Below are positions 1-13,138 of a DNA stretch of 64,000 nucleotides, piece after piece. Both the position numbers and the translations under genes were made by a program. This stretch comes from Eledone cirrhosa (lineage: Eukaryota): positions 23,126,001 through 23,190,000 of the forward strand of contig OZ024740.1 of assembly GCA_964016885.1 (NCBI GenBank). Reading direction: 5' to 3'. Positions within the stretch are counted from its first letter, which is position 1. Each line of letters starts with the position of its first letter. A model generated the notes under the pieces. It searched no databases and was not told where the DNA came from. It was given only the letters and a program-made list of their open reading frames with translations.

Positions 1-54
1 TCAGAAATGGTGCATTAACTGTCGTGGAACTACTTATGTGTGTGTGTGTGTATG

Positions 55-116
<62 letters not shown>

Positions 117-170
117 CTTTTCAGTCGAGCATCGTATTTATATAAGTGTGTGTTTGCGTATATATGTATG

Positions 171-256
<86 letters not shown>

Positions 257-430
257 TTGAAAAGATAACAAGGACGATTGGTTACTCCTTCATTACATTT
301 ATTGGTAGGTGTCGCGCGTTTCGCCACTGATCAGCTCAAGGTTCGATCTGTATCGATCTTACCCGACTCTATAATCGGCAGCTCGACGGACACTGAAGTG
401 CCTGCAGTAACTTCAAGTTACACTCCCTAG

Positions 431-479
<49 letters not shown>

Positions 480-484
<5 letters not shown>

Positions 485-990
485 AGGAATTGACGAACCC
501 ACCATATTTATCAATGCCAGGACCGGTTGTATCTCAGCGTACTCAATAGGCAATGTAAGATACATTCCCAGAGTATACACATAGTTGTTCGCTTCAATAC
601 AACACACGTAAAACGGGTGTCTATACTAGTTCCCGGTCTATAGTGTCGGCCTCACATGATGCAGCGGTAGGGTGCACTGCACCCTCTGTCTGCATATATT
701 ATGCAACAATGCATAATCGGCGTATGTGGCTTCATCAGCGGGTATCGCCTAATCAATAACCAATTAATCGACAGAATCCTAACACCAGCCCATCCCGGCT
801 GTAACTGTATTTGACGGCCGACACAGTAAAGTGATTAGCAACTGGAATCCGATACAATTCTGTCTCCCGACCAGCCACCGATTTACAAACTTTACGTGGT
901 GGTGGGAGAATAGAAAACAAATCTTTTCGTACCCGTCAAAAGACATCAGCCAACATGCCTCAAACACAAATTAATAAGAAGTGAAAAGCT
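480..990 (-). mobile_element. PLE pseudo-LTR-like island between (TA)n tracts, with a degenerate long-helix-II hammerhead (632-742)
   Basis: Minus strand reads cccg-CTGATGA-agccacat...atgtgaggcc-GACA-ctatagac-cggg. Stem I pairs, but GAAA and the cleavage triplet are mutated. A TTGAGTAC motif lies in the tail. Confidence 0.5.
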
Positions 991-1041
991 ATATATATAT
1001 ATTTATACACATATATACGCACGCACAAACTTATATAAATA

Positions 1042-1210
1042 CGAGGGTCGACTGAAAAGTTCATAGGCTGACTATGAAGTATTGTTGCTAGATCAGTGAA
1101 ATCTTGCATGCATTAATTTCAAATCATTTTTATGGATTGTTCCTTTCCACGGGTTATGTTGAAAAATAAACCTCATTTGGTTAATCCATGAACTTTTCAG
1201 CTGACCCTCG
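1042..1210. mobile_element. Tc1/mariner-type MITE
   Basis: TIRs CGAGGGTCGACTGAAAAGTTCAT / ATGAACTTTTCAGCTGACCCTCG, with TA on both sides. Confidence 0.85.
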
Positions 1211-1305
1211 TATATATATAAGACCCTCTTGCTATATGAAGCGTTAATCTAATATATCCCTTCCATATACTGTACCGATTATGTTGTTATTTCTGTTTAC
1301 CTTTT

Positions 1306-1415
<110 letters not shown>

Positions 1416-1620
1416 AGTTATTCTGGGTTCAATCGGGGGTAACAACAGTAAGTAAGGTACTCAATACATAGCAGAGTATAAATGTTTCATATAGAAAAGC
1501 TTCTACAGGACTAAAACTGTTTCATTCGTGAGAAATCATCAGCTATTAAAACTGTTATGCTCGGCTATGTATTGAGTACCTTACTTACTCTGGTTACCTC
1601 CGATTCTACCGGGAATAACT
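1416..1620. mobile_element. Fold-back HHR element, family A (HHR core 1499-1542, minus)
   Basis: Inverted arms (gtaagtaaggtactcaatac / gtattgagtaccttacttac). Minus strand CTGATGA-tttctcacgaat-GAAAcag..ctGTA-gaagc. Homologous to 9313, 22427 and 39669. Confidence 0.75.
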
Positions 1621-1679
1621 TAAGGGCGGTGCCCCAGCATGGCCTCAGCCGGATGGCTGAAACAGGTAAAAGAGGTAAA

Positions 1680-1761
<82 letters not shown>

Positions 1762-1995
1762 GTATATATATATATATATATATATATTTCGTTTCTGAAT
1801 TTGCTTAGCAAGATTCTTTATCTGAAAACGTGTGTTGAAATCGATATTGTTATACTTTGGGAGGGTCATGTTGCCAATAAGGAACACACGCACCAGTAGT
1901 TTTACTTCAATTTATTATAATAAATTCATAAATTTAGGAATTTATAAATTTCCGTTTGGTTGGTTGGTTCCACAACCAGATGATTGATTATATAT

Positions 1996-2040
1996 TGTCA
2001 AAGTTCTTTCGTCACACATTCTGTGACCTCTTCAGTGACT
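1996..2040 (-). ncRNA. Type I hammerhead ribozyme, family B, very short helix III
   Basis: gtca-CTGAAGA-g-gtcac-agaatgt-gtgac-GAAA-gaactt-tgac. An identical core occurs at 33497-33540. Confidence 0.7.
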
Positions 2041-2240
2041 GGGGATTCCTTTCTTTGTTTTTGTGCCTCTCCTTTGTTCTGTCCTACGCCATCTTGTTTC
2101 TGTGTGTGTGTTGTGTGCTCAGTCTGCGCATGCGCCACATCCGGGTGTCTGTGTGTGTTTATATTCGTTTATTTATTTGTTTATTTACATGATACTGGTT
2201 GGTTGTTTGTTCTATGTGCGTGTGTGTTTTCATTCTGTCC

Positions 2241-2870
2241 TTAATTGTAAGTTGTGATGTTGCTGTTCCACTCATGTTTTCTATTTAATTTTGGTTGGAG
2301 TTCATTTATGTTTATTGCCTCTGTGATTTGTCTAAACATTGCGTCTTTCCTGTGTGTAGATTCTATTTTTATTTCTATGTTCTTTAATTTACCCTTATGT
2401 TCTATTTTGGCATGTTGGTAGAGTACAGATGATTCTTTACTATCTTGAAGGTCTCGCCAGTGTTCATTTATCCGTTCCCCTATACTACGAGCTGTCTCAC
2501 CTATGTACACTATATTTTTATCTCTACATTGTCCTTCAGTACGTCTTATGCTATATACTACGTTTCTAGTTTTACAGTTAATATGGGGGCTTAATTTACA
2601 GATTATGCATTTCTTTTCTACACAGGGAGGTCTTTCAAAAGGGTATGTCTTGCTGAGAAGTGTTTTTATGGAGGTACCTGGTCTTTCTACTATCTTAATA
2701 TTGAGTTTATGTTTATCTAGGGCCCTTCTAAATTTGTAAGCTAATTCACCTCTAGGGGTTGTATCGATGAACATTACACTCTTGTATTTATTGCTATCAT
2801 ACCATGAGTTTATTCTATTAGCCTTATTCCTTGTTCTTTCCATTCTATTCCAAAATTTGCTCCTATACAA
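2241..2870 (-). pseudogene. 5'-truncated PLE ORF: Cys-rich linker plus GIY-YIG endonuclease
   Basis: C..KCIIC...CKTRNVVYSI...VYIGETARSIGERINEH...QH...EH...RQITEAININELQPKLNRKHEW. Confidence 0.88.
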
Positions 2871-2946
2871 GGATCTTTATGTTTAATCAATTGTTACGGA
2901 ATTTAGTAGATAATTTACATAACATTCATTCATTATTTATTCAAAG

Positions 2947-3292
2947 TAAATTGTTTCTACTTTAGGCACAAGGCCAGCAATTATCCAGTGCATTACTGGT
3001 ACTTTATTTTATCGACCCCGTAAGGATGAAAGGCAAAGTAAATCCCGCCGAGGTTGACTTTGCCTTTCATTCTTACGGGGTTGATAAAATAAAGTACCAG
3101 TAATACACTAAGTAATTGCTGGCCTTGTGCCTAAAGTAGAAACAATTATTTATTCAAAGTAATGGCGGTGGATTCGCAGAGGGAGTATCGGTGGAGTATC
3201 GGTTTGCCTTTCATCCTTACGGGGTCGATAAAATAAAGTACCAGTAATGCACTGGGTAATTGCTGGCCTTGTGCCTGAAGTAGAAACAATTA
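2947..3292. mobile_element. Three rearranged Nin-domain SINE fragments (one minus, two plus)
   Basis: Core tttgcctttcatccttacggggtcgataaaataaagtaccagtaat. The flank attatttattcaaagtaa is present three times. Confidence 0.8.
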
Positions 3293-3565
3293 TTTATTCA
3301 AAGTAATTCAACTTATTATACTAACGGGATAAACATATTATAAACGGACGCTGTCCCGCACTCCGTCCTTTATTATATTATAGATGTCGCTGAGGACTAT
3401 TAGTTATGAGAGCCTGAGTTCTTCAGACGGCAGAACTTATAAAACAATGTAAGTTCACAAAACACTTTAAGTTTGGAAAAATCAAAAAATATCTTCGAGA
3501 TTTTCTTTTCTTGATACAGAGGGCCGTATGACGTTGATTCTTCGACGGTCGGTTAACCCCATACG

Positions 3566-3700
<135 letters not shown>

Positions 3701-3756
3701 TGTATATGTGCGCGTGTGTGTCTGTGTCTGTGTTTATATATGTATATATAAAAAAA

Positions 3757-4202
3757 TGAATATACCACACCTGGGTGAGAATACCACCAACGCTATCCGC
3801 AGGGCTATACGGAGGGAGGGCCTCAACATTCACCTGGCCCACTCGGGCCCCTCCCTGCGAAGATGCCTCTCCAGGAAATCCGGGAAATCGACAGACGCAT
3901 GCTCCCTCAGAAACTGCCCGATGCGCCATACGAACTGTTGCCTACGCACATACGTCGTGTATAAGGTAGAATGTAACAAGTGCAACCACTACTATATAGG
4001 TAGCACAATCCGGCCGCTACACATCCGGATCAAGGAGCACATCAACACCAGGGTCTTGTCTTTTTGGAAACACATAACCAAATGCGGAAACAAAGACGGA
4101 AGACCCATTGTCATAGTGCTAGCGACGGAACGAAAGGTCTGCACATTACGAATCAAGGAAGCACTCTGGATCAAACGCCTAGGGCCACAAATAAATAACT
4201 GA
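3757..4202 (+). pseudogene. Second PLE GIY-YIG endonuclease remnant; the ORF-track N-terminus is microsatellite
   Basis: CSLRNCPM...CCLRTYVVYKVECNKCNHYYIGSTIRPLHIRIKEH...KHITKC...LRIKEALWIKRLGPQINN. Possible decayed HHR at about 4615-4657. Confidence 0.88.
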
Positions 4203-4972
4203 TCCGAGAGAAGCGAAATGAGGTGGTTGGTTTAAACAAACGAGGCAACAACACACGCACACACAAACACACATGCGAAATAACAACACACACACACACA
4301 CACACACAGTAGCATTCCACCATACGAACATACTACACTGCTAATACAGACAAACGATGCAACAACACACGCACACACATAATCGAGACAACAAGACACG
4401 CACACAGACACACACACACACATAGTACCATTCACCAAACAGGCAGGGAATACTACCACCACCACACGAATACACTATTCAACACTACTAATACAGAAAC
4501 CAACACGGGCAGATAATACAATGGACTGACAGCTAACGCCACCCCGCTCCCACAATCAAAATAACTATTTCGGCCGCCGACCTCTGCGTGCACGACCCCA
4601 TTTCACGCGTGCGCGCGCTCTGTTGAATACCTCAGATATTCAAAACAACGAACAGCGGAGGACACGTATCGATCCTATCCGACATATACCCCCCCCCCCC
4701 ACAGTTGATGGATGTGATTCAGAAATATAGAGACAATTAAATATCTCCCAAGGTAACTCTATCACGTGTTATTATTTTTATTTTTTACGCTCTTTCCTAC
4801 GTTTTTCTACACACTATACATCTCATTCTACATTCACTTACATCTCTCTCTTCACCACCGGATCTTGTTACCCGGAGAATTACCCATCTGCATTGTTGAG
4901 GCTTCCAAAACGTCCTAAAGAAAATATATCTTATTCCACAATGGTTCAAGCAAACTTCAATACTCTCATATG

Positions 4973-5029
<57 letters not shown>

Positions 5030-5365
5030 TGTCTGTAGTTAGTATTCTTTTCACCTTAGCGAATCTGGTCCATTATAATTTGAACACACACATGTATATG
5101 ACTGTGTTCGTTTTTCTTTTCTTTTCAGTTATACTATATATATATACAATTAAGTTAAAGTGTACATCTACATATGTATACGGAAGTATTAGTATGCATA
5201 TAAATACACACATGTATACATATGTACATGTACTCAGTTTTTCACTAGACACTTTTCAGTGAGTGTCAGCTAGTCTGTATGTAACCACACAGACGGACCG
5301 GGTTTTAGAGTCATACGAGTTTTCAAGGAAACACATTTCCTCTATTCTCCAGAGGGCCAGACAGG

Positions 5366-5410
5366 AATATTGGACTAGTTTCGATGTTATTACATCTCAT
5401 CAGCAATATT
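5366..5410 (-). ncRNA. Type I hammerhead ribozyme (array, inverted arm)
   Basis: Exact reverse complement of 6088-6132. Confidence 0.92.
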
Positions 5411-6087
5411 TACCCATCTTCCGGCTTCTCTGGAGAATTGTAAAAGCACATATCGTTATATGCTTTTTCTATGAAAATTAGTAGTGGGTAGACTAATTTG
5501 CATAGAACGTGAGTCATTGTACGCACCGGTTCAGCGGAAACGACAAAAACAAATAACGAAACGAAATTAAATTTCGTTTCGCTTCTAACTCACTTTTGTA
5601 TGACTGACGCTTAAACAATTAAGTTAAAGTGTACATCTACATATGTATACGGAAGTATTAGTATGCATATAAATACACACATGTATACATATGTACATGT
5701 ACTCAGTTTTTCACTAGACACTTTACAGTGAGTGTCAGCTAGTCTGTATGTAACCACACAGACTGACCGGGTTTTAGTGTCTTGTGAAAAACTGAGTACA
5801 TGTACATATGTATACATGTGTGTATTTATATGCATACTAATACTTCCGTATACATATGTAGATGTACACTTTAACTTAATTGTTTAAGCGTCAGTCATAC
5901 AAAAGTGAGTTAGAAGCGAAACGAAATTTTATTTCGTTTCGTTATTTGTTTTTATCGTTTCCGCTGAACCGGTGCGTACAATGACTCACGTTCTATGCAA
6001 ATTAGTCTACCCACTACTAATTTTCATAGAAAAAGCATATAACGATATGTGCTTTTACAATTCTCCAGAGAAGCCGGAAGATGGGTA

Positions 6088-6132
6088 AATATTGCTGATG
6101 AGATGTAATAACATCGAAACTAGTCCAATATT
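6088..6132 (+). ncRNA. Type I hammerhead ribozyme, predicted cleavage after GUC at 6125
   Basis: aatattg-CTGATGA-gatgt-aata-acatc-GAAA-cta-GTC-caatatt: 7-bp stem I, 5-bp stem II and palindromic helix III (actagt). Confidence 0.93.
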
Positions 6133-6556
6133 CCTGTCTGGCCCTCTGGTGAATAGAGGAAATGTGTTTCCTTGAAAACTCGTATGACTCTAAAACCCGG
6201 TCCGTCTGTGTGGTTACATACAGACTAGCTGACACTCACTGTAAAGTGTCTAGTGAAAAACTGAGTACATGTACATATGTATACATGTGTGTATTTATAT
6301 GCATACTAATACTGCCGTATACATATGTAGATGTGCACTTTAACTTAATTGTTTAAGCGTCAGTCATACAAAAGTGAGTTAGAAGCGAAACGAAATTTAA
6401 TTTCGTTTCGTTATTTGTTTTTATCGTTTCCGCTGAACCGGTGCGTACAATGACTCACGTTCTATGCAAATTAGTCTACCCACTACTAATTTTCATAGAA
6501 AAAGCATATAACGATATGTGCTTTTACAATTCTCCAGAGAAGCCGGAAGATGGGTA

Positions 6557-6601
6557 AATATTGCTGATGAGATGTAATAACATCGAAACTAGTCCAATAT
6601 T
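6557..6601 (+). ncRNA. Type I hammerhead ribozyme, predicted cleavage after 6594
   Basis: Identical to 6088-6132 and 469 bp downstream of it. Confidence 0.93.
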
Positions 6602-6886
6602 CCTGTCTGGCCCTCTGGTGAATAGAGGAAATGTGTTTCCTTGAAAACTCGTATGACTCTAAAACCCGGTCCGTCTGTGTGGTTACATACAGACTAGCTG
6701 ACACTCACTGTAAAGTGTCTAGTGAAAAACTGAGTACATGTACATATGTATACATGTGTGTATTTATATGCATACTAATACTTCCGTATACACATGTAGA
6801 TGTACACTTTAACTTAATTGTTTAAGCGTCAGTCATACAAAAGTGAGTTAGAAGCGAAACGAAATTTAATTTCGTTTCGTTATTTG

Positions 6887-6951
<65 letters not shown>

Positions 6952-7531
6952 ATGTGTGTGTGTGTATATATATATATATACACATATATATATATATATT
7001 TATATATAGATATATGTGTCTGTGTGTATATATATATGTGTGTGTGTGTTTATCCGTGTGTGTATTTATGCGCGACAAATTTTCCCAAAGCACATTTATT
7101 CTTTGTCCTTGAAAATTGTATCAATTTAATAATATAATCATTATTATTATTATTTTGCAATATGTTAAGTAAGGGATTATTGAATCGCACCTTTATTTTT
7201 TATTTAAAAAGAAACAAGATTTAATCAGATCCGAGCCAACATTACTTAGTGACATTTGACTGAGAGATTATGTTGATCTGGAAGTTCAACTTCGATTTTA
7301 ACTTAAGAAGAAACTAGGATTCTACACCTCTACAGCCCAGTACTCTTGAGGTTTCAGGGTTTAATTTCAAGGACATTTCCAATTTAATTTCTACTCCCTT
7401 TGATTTGAGTAATAATCTGTTGTCAAACGAGGTCTTATATATATATATATATACATTACATACATATGTGTAAATATATATATATGTGTGTGCGTATATA
7501 TATATGTGATATATATGTATACATACATATA

Positions 7532-7578
<47 letters not shown>

Positions 7579-7638
7579 TACATACATATGTGTATATATA
7601 TATATATATTTGTGTGTATATATGTATATGTGATATAC

Positions 7639-7747
<109 letters not shown>

Positions 7748-7851
7748 TATGTAGATATATATATATATATATATGTGTGTATGTATATATATATATATAT
7801 ATCACATATACATATAAACATATATATATATATATATACTCATTATATGAG

Positions 7852-7962
7852 TCCAAATCCCGTAGAGGTTAACTTTACCTTTCATCCTTACGAGGTGGAT
7901 AAAATAAAGTACCAGTAATGTACTAGGTGATTGGTGGCGTTGTGCCTAAAATAGAAACAATT
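7852..7962 (+). mobile_element. 5'-truncated Nin-domain SINE
   Basis: aaatcccgtagaggttaactttacctttcatccttacgaggtggataaaataaagtaccagt...gtgcctaaaatagaaacaatt. Confidence 0.8.
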
Positions 7963-7998
7963 ATATACATATGTGTATAAATATATATATTTGTATAT

Positions 7999-8119
7999 AG
8001 GAAAAGAGCCAGGACCCCGACGGCTGAGCTCTGGTCGTTTCGCCAGCTAGATCTGAACTTGAGCTCGGATTTAGCTGTCAAGACGGCCGGAGATCAGCCG
8101 TCGGGGTACTGACTCTTTA

Positions 8120-8122
<3 letters not shown>
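7999..8122. mobile_element. Fold-back element, family E (relatives at 28524, 34275 and 51597)
   Basis: Arms gaccccgacggctgag / atcagccgtcggggtac, inside (TA)n. Confidence 0.75.
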
Positions 8123-8171
<49 letters not shown>

Positions 8172-8214
8172 TACATATTATATATATATATATGATATAT
8201 ATGTAAACATACAT

Positions 8215-8274
<60 letters not shown>

Positions 8275-8562
8275 GTAAACATACATATTATATATATATG
8301 TGATATGGACGTAAACATAAATATATATGTATATTATTTTATCATGTGTTCCAGCCGAGAGGCTGAGGCCAGGCTGGTGCACCACCATCAATGCTACTCT
8401 ATCGATAGTCAACCTTCCCTGGCTGACCATTAATGTAAAAGGGAATTTGTGCCTGCTACTCTTATTTCTGCTGTGGGTTCATCTGGGATCTTTGTCAGTA
8501 GAATGTCGAGATGTTTCTTGAAAACATTTATATGTACACTATATAGATATATCTCCCTTTCT

Positions 8563-8603
<41 letters not shown>

Positions 8604-8637
8604 ATCGGAGAAAGCTTTTTAGCGATACTCCGGCCCA

Positions 8638-8679
<42 letters not shown>

Positions 8680-8682
<3 letters not shown>

Positions 8683-9202
8683 TTTTGCGACGTTTTTGAT
8701 ATTAAATCGTGTGTCGAAACAAATATTGTTATACTTGGGGAGGGTCATATTAGTGTAATATTGCCAGAATTAATAACAGAACACACTGTTTGGTTGGTTT
8801 TCGCTTCTGTGTCTTTTATATCGGTTAATTTAATTTATTCGGTCCTCAATGTTACCATTTACTGACCAACGGTCAAAAATACAGATATAATATAGACACA
8901 AACACATACATATAGTCTAACAAAGTTCTATAGTTGCACATCTGCAACATCGTCAGTGGTGCTATTATGTTTCCTCTCGTTGCATTGTATGCCTACGCCA
9001 TCTTTGTTAGACTATATATATGTGTTTGTGTCTATATTATATCTGTATTTTTGTCGTTGGTCAGTAAATGGTAACATTGAGGACCGAATAAATTAAATTA
9101 ACCGATATAAAAGACACAGAAGCGAAAACCAACCAAACAGTGTGTTCTGTTATTAATTCTGGCAATATTACACTAATATGACCCTCCCCAAGTATAACAA
9201 TA
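8680..9202. mobile_element. Fold-back element related to the family B pLTR, arms about 200 bp, decayed HHR at 8919-8961 (minus)
   Basis: Arms 8723-8924 and 9002-9202 are near-perfect inverted repeats. CTGACGA-t-gttgca-gatg-tgcaac-TATA-gaacttt (GAAA lost). Confidence 0.8.
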
Positions 9203-9212
9203 TATATATATA

Positions 9213-9252
<40 letters not shown>

Positions 9253-9312
9253 TGTGTGTGTGTGTGTGCGTGCGTGCAAGTATGTATGTATATATATGTG
9301 CATATATATATA

Positions 9313-9558
<246 letters not shown>

Positions 9559-9834
9559 TTATATATATAAGTATATATATATGTGTATATATGTGTGTAT
9601 GTATGTATGTATGTATGTATGTATGTATGTATGTATGTATGTATGTATGTATATATGTGTGTGTATGTGCGTGTGTTCGTGTGATCATCGCTTAAATGCT
9701 GTTTATCTTTCGCAGTGTAGCGTTCTTTCACTCAAGTATGTTTATTAGAAATTAAATACTGGGAGAGCGTGATTCCTCATGCGTCACCTCCGGCAACCCT
9801 CCTCCCACCGGCGCTATCAGCGCCACCCCGTACA

Positions 9835-11391
9835 CTACTGCAACACCAGCAACACCACCACCGCCGTCACTACCAGCAACACCAGTACCATCACCACCAA
9901 CACTACAAACACCACCAACATCACCACCAACATCACCACCACCATCACCACCAACATCACCACCTCCATCAACACCAGCACCACCACCACCATAACCAGT
10001 ACCACCACCAACATCACGACGACGACCACCACCACCACCACCACCACCACAACCACCAACACCACCACAACCACCACCACCACAACCACCACCACTATCA
10101 CCACGACGACGACGACGACCACCACCACCACAACCACCAACACCACCACAACCACCACCACCACTATCACCACGACGACGACGACCACCACGACCGCCAC
10201 CACCACCACCACAACCACCAACACCACCAGCACCACCACAACCACCACCACCACCACCACCACCACTACCACCACCAGCACCCCCCATAGAAAGCATTAG
10301 TTTTTATTTAGAACTACTTCCGCTCTATATGGTATCGCTAGGTGGCGTTGTGTTTGGATTTCGGAATAGTTCAATAGCAGCTTTTTATCGGCGTCCATTT
10401 AAATTGCTTCAGTATCGATAGTAAATAGATTCACAGACAATAAATCAGTGACGGTGATATTGATGTATGGTGTTGTATAGAGGTGGTGGAGGTGTTGGAG
10501 GATGAGGAGGGGAGGAGTAGGATGTGGTGGTAGTGGAGGCGGAGTTGATGATGAAGTAGTAGAAGGTGGAAGAGGGGGAGAAGAAGAAGAAGAAGAAGAA
10601 GAAGAAGAAGAAGAAGAAGAAGAAGAAGAAGAAGAAGAAGAAGAAGAAGAAGAAGAAGAAGAAGAAGAAGAAGAAGAGGGTGAAGAAGAAGAAGAATGAA
10701 GCTCTTATTATCTATTGCCTATTACAAATACACCGTTAGCTATGTTAGAGAAAATGGTTGAAAAGAAGGAAGAAAAAAAAAGGAAACAACACTGAATAAC
10801 ATAAACAAAGAAACAACAGCTGCAGCAACAACAGCAATTACAACAACAACAACGATAACAACAACAACAATTACAACAACAACAATGACGATAACAATAA
10901 CAAGAATTACAACAACAATAACGATAACAATAACAATAACAACAATAACTACAACAACTACAACAACAACAATAACTACAACAACAACAATAACTAAAAC
11001 AACAACAATAAGAACTACAACAACAATAACAACAATTACAACAATAACTAAAACAACTACAACAACAACAACTACAACAGCAACAACTACAACAACAACA
11101 ACTCCAACAACAACTCCAACAACAACAACCAAAACAACAATAACAACCACAACTACAACAACCACAACAATAACAACAACAGCCACAACCACAACAACAA
11201 TAATAACTATATTAGGGTAAACAAAACCTAACAAATCGAACAAAACAAAAGAGTAAATATACAACCCTACTTCTCTCTCACTCTCTCGCTCCATCTATCT
11301 CTTTCTGTATATATCTTGCTCTCTCTCTCTCTTACTCTCTCTTTCTGTATCTATCTTGCTCTCTCTCACTCTCTCTCTCTGTATCTATCTT

Positions 11392-11438
<47 letters not shown>

Positions 11439-11759
11439 CTCTCTTGCTCTCTCTCTCTCTCTCTCTCTCTCTTTCTGTATCTATCTTGCTCTCTCTCTAT
11501 GTGTCTGTATTGCTCTTTCTCTCTTTCACTCTCTCTCTCTGTATCTACCTTACTCTCTTTCTCTCTCTCTCATTGTCTCTATCTGTCTCTCTTCCACTTT
11601 CTCTCCCTCTCTCTGTCTTGCTCTCCATCACTCTCTTCTTCTCTATGTATGTCTTTCAGTGAGACTAAATATATTGTCTGTCTTTCTCTCCCCATCTTTC
11701 TCTCACTACTTTTCTCTCTCTTTGCCTCTCTCCCTCACTAACTCTCTCTCTCTCTCTCG

Positions 11760-11804
<45 letters not shown>

Positions 11805-11830
11805 TAACTATCTCCCCCTCTCTCTCACTC
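9835..11830. repeat. Cluster of simple repeats: (ACC)n, (GAA)n, (ACA)n, (CT)n
   Basis: Direct reading. These produce the poly-T/H/V/E ORFs. Confidence 0.95.
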
Positions 11831-11962
11831 TCTTAAACCTCTGCCCGCCCCATCAACTATTCTACCTATTCCTCCTTCGTATATGAATACCTCTGTGTAT
11901 ATTACTCCTTTCTGTTTCCTGTACCACATATATGTATGAATGTATACACACACATATGTATA

Positions 11963-12016
<54 letters not shown>

Positions 12017-12019
<3 letters not shown>

Positions 12020-12470
12020 GACACTCTTCGACAATACTACATTTGGCGCAAAATCAATTTTTAACATTCACGTAACCTCTACCGACCAATCAAAATTGTT
12101 TTGACTACAAGAATTTTTGCAACACGAATTGGTGCGAAATTTATAGTACTAATTCACGTGACATTCAACAACCAACCAAATCTTAATACCTCTGGAGCCA
12201 CTTTTTTCACATAAAACAGGTAGAATTTCCAAAACTGATCAGATTAGAGCAAATATCACGAGCGCTCTATCCCAAAATTATTTTTGAAAAGCATTAGAAA
12301 TGCGCAACCGGTAAAATCTTAAAACTAAAACTGAATACTAACTAATGCTTATTACTAACTTTTACTTATTCCTAATTAAACTATTTTGCACTGGAAAAAA
12401 TTTGTCAGCATTTTCTTTTCCTTTTACTAATATATCACAACTCGTGTGTTACACCTCTATTTTTTTAAAA
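12017..12470 (+). mobile_element. TA-embedded repeat family G with a variant HHR-like motif (12280-12317); partial copy at 39901-40090
   Basis: attt-TTGAAAA-gcatt-aga-aatgc-GCAA-ccgGTA-aaat. 12241-12432 matches 39901-40090. Confidence 0.6.
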
Positions 12471-12540
12471 TATATATATATATACACATATATATATAAA
12501 CCACATAAAACTCGTTTCATAAACATATTTAGTCTCACTA

Positions 12541-12727
12541 TAATTGTTTCTCCTTTTTTTGGCACAAGGCCAGCAAATTACCCAGTGTATTACTGGTACT
12601 TTATTTTATCGACCCCATAAGGATGAAAGGCAAAGTTAACATCGGCGTGATTTGAGCTCAGATCATAAAGAGCCGTAACTCTATGCTGCAAAGCATGGCG
12701 TCAGACCCTCTACCGATACTGCCAATA
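12541..12727 (-). mobile_element. Nin-domain SINE
   Basis: Reverse complement of the SINE head, core and tail. Confidence 0.85.
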
Positions 12728-12864
12728 TTTAAATAAAAGAAGCAAAGAAAATGTCAGTAAGACGAAAAGATTTCCAGTTGGAAGTTGAGGTAAACTCCAG
12801 GTATCCAGTTACAGGGTAAAAATCCAACGAATTTGAGAGGTCGACGTAAGCGTTGATATATATA

Positions 12865-13056
12865 TGTATTTTTACAAAATGAAAAAAAAACGAGATGTCC
12901 TACACGAGTGAAAGTATAAGGAAAAAAGATGAAATCGAAAATGCAACTGGAGTCTTTTTTTTTTTTTAAATATATATATTTATTTGGTTCCTTTACCGGT
13001 TTCGCAGTACTTGTGCTTTTCAAAAGTAGAATTGAGATGGAGGGTTTCTGATTTTT

Positions 13057-13060
<4 letters not shown>
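12865..13060 (-). mobile_element. Repeat family H with a U3:A8 HHR (12991-13026); plus-strand copy at 22681-22865
   Basis: ctt-TTGAAAA-gca-caagtac-tgc-GAAA-ccgGTA-aag. Confidence 0.7.

Positions 13061-13138
<78 letters not shown>

Larger units (their letters stand above)
1788..2875 (-). mobile_element. 3' part of a Penelope-like retroelement (GIY-YIG ORF end plus pLTR with HHR), ending at (TA)n
   Basis: GIY-YIG ORF followed by an HHR and a tail that recurs at 33293-33555. Confidence 0.85.
5146..6890. mobile_element. Retrozyme / PLE-pLTR array with a 469-bp unit: about 1.4 units minus (5146-5783), then about 2.4 units plus (5784-6890), flanked by (TA)n
   Basis: Near-identical repeats at a 469-bp offset (ORF track 6017/6486 and 6162/6631), with an inverted copy at 5263. 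One HHR per complete unit. Confidence 0.9.

Noticed and set aside
305-335. Minus-strand gaaacgcgcgac half-hammerhead
   Set aside because: No clear core or stem I, and the cleavage triplet is mutated.
5263-6825. Repeated 72-aa and 64-aa ORFs in the 469-bp unit
   Set aside because: Short, with no recognisable motif. They recur only because the DNA is repeated, and the 72-aa ORF is antisense to the HHR.
9716-9735. Possible plus-strand microexon (ttcgcAG...GTatgt); likewise about 37894-37971 (AG...GTAAGT)
   Set aside because: Splice-like motifs alone are expected by chance, with no supporting homology.
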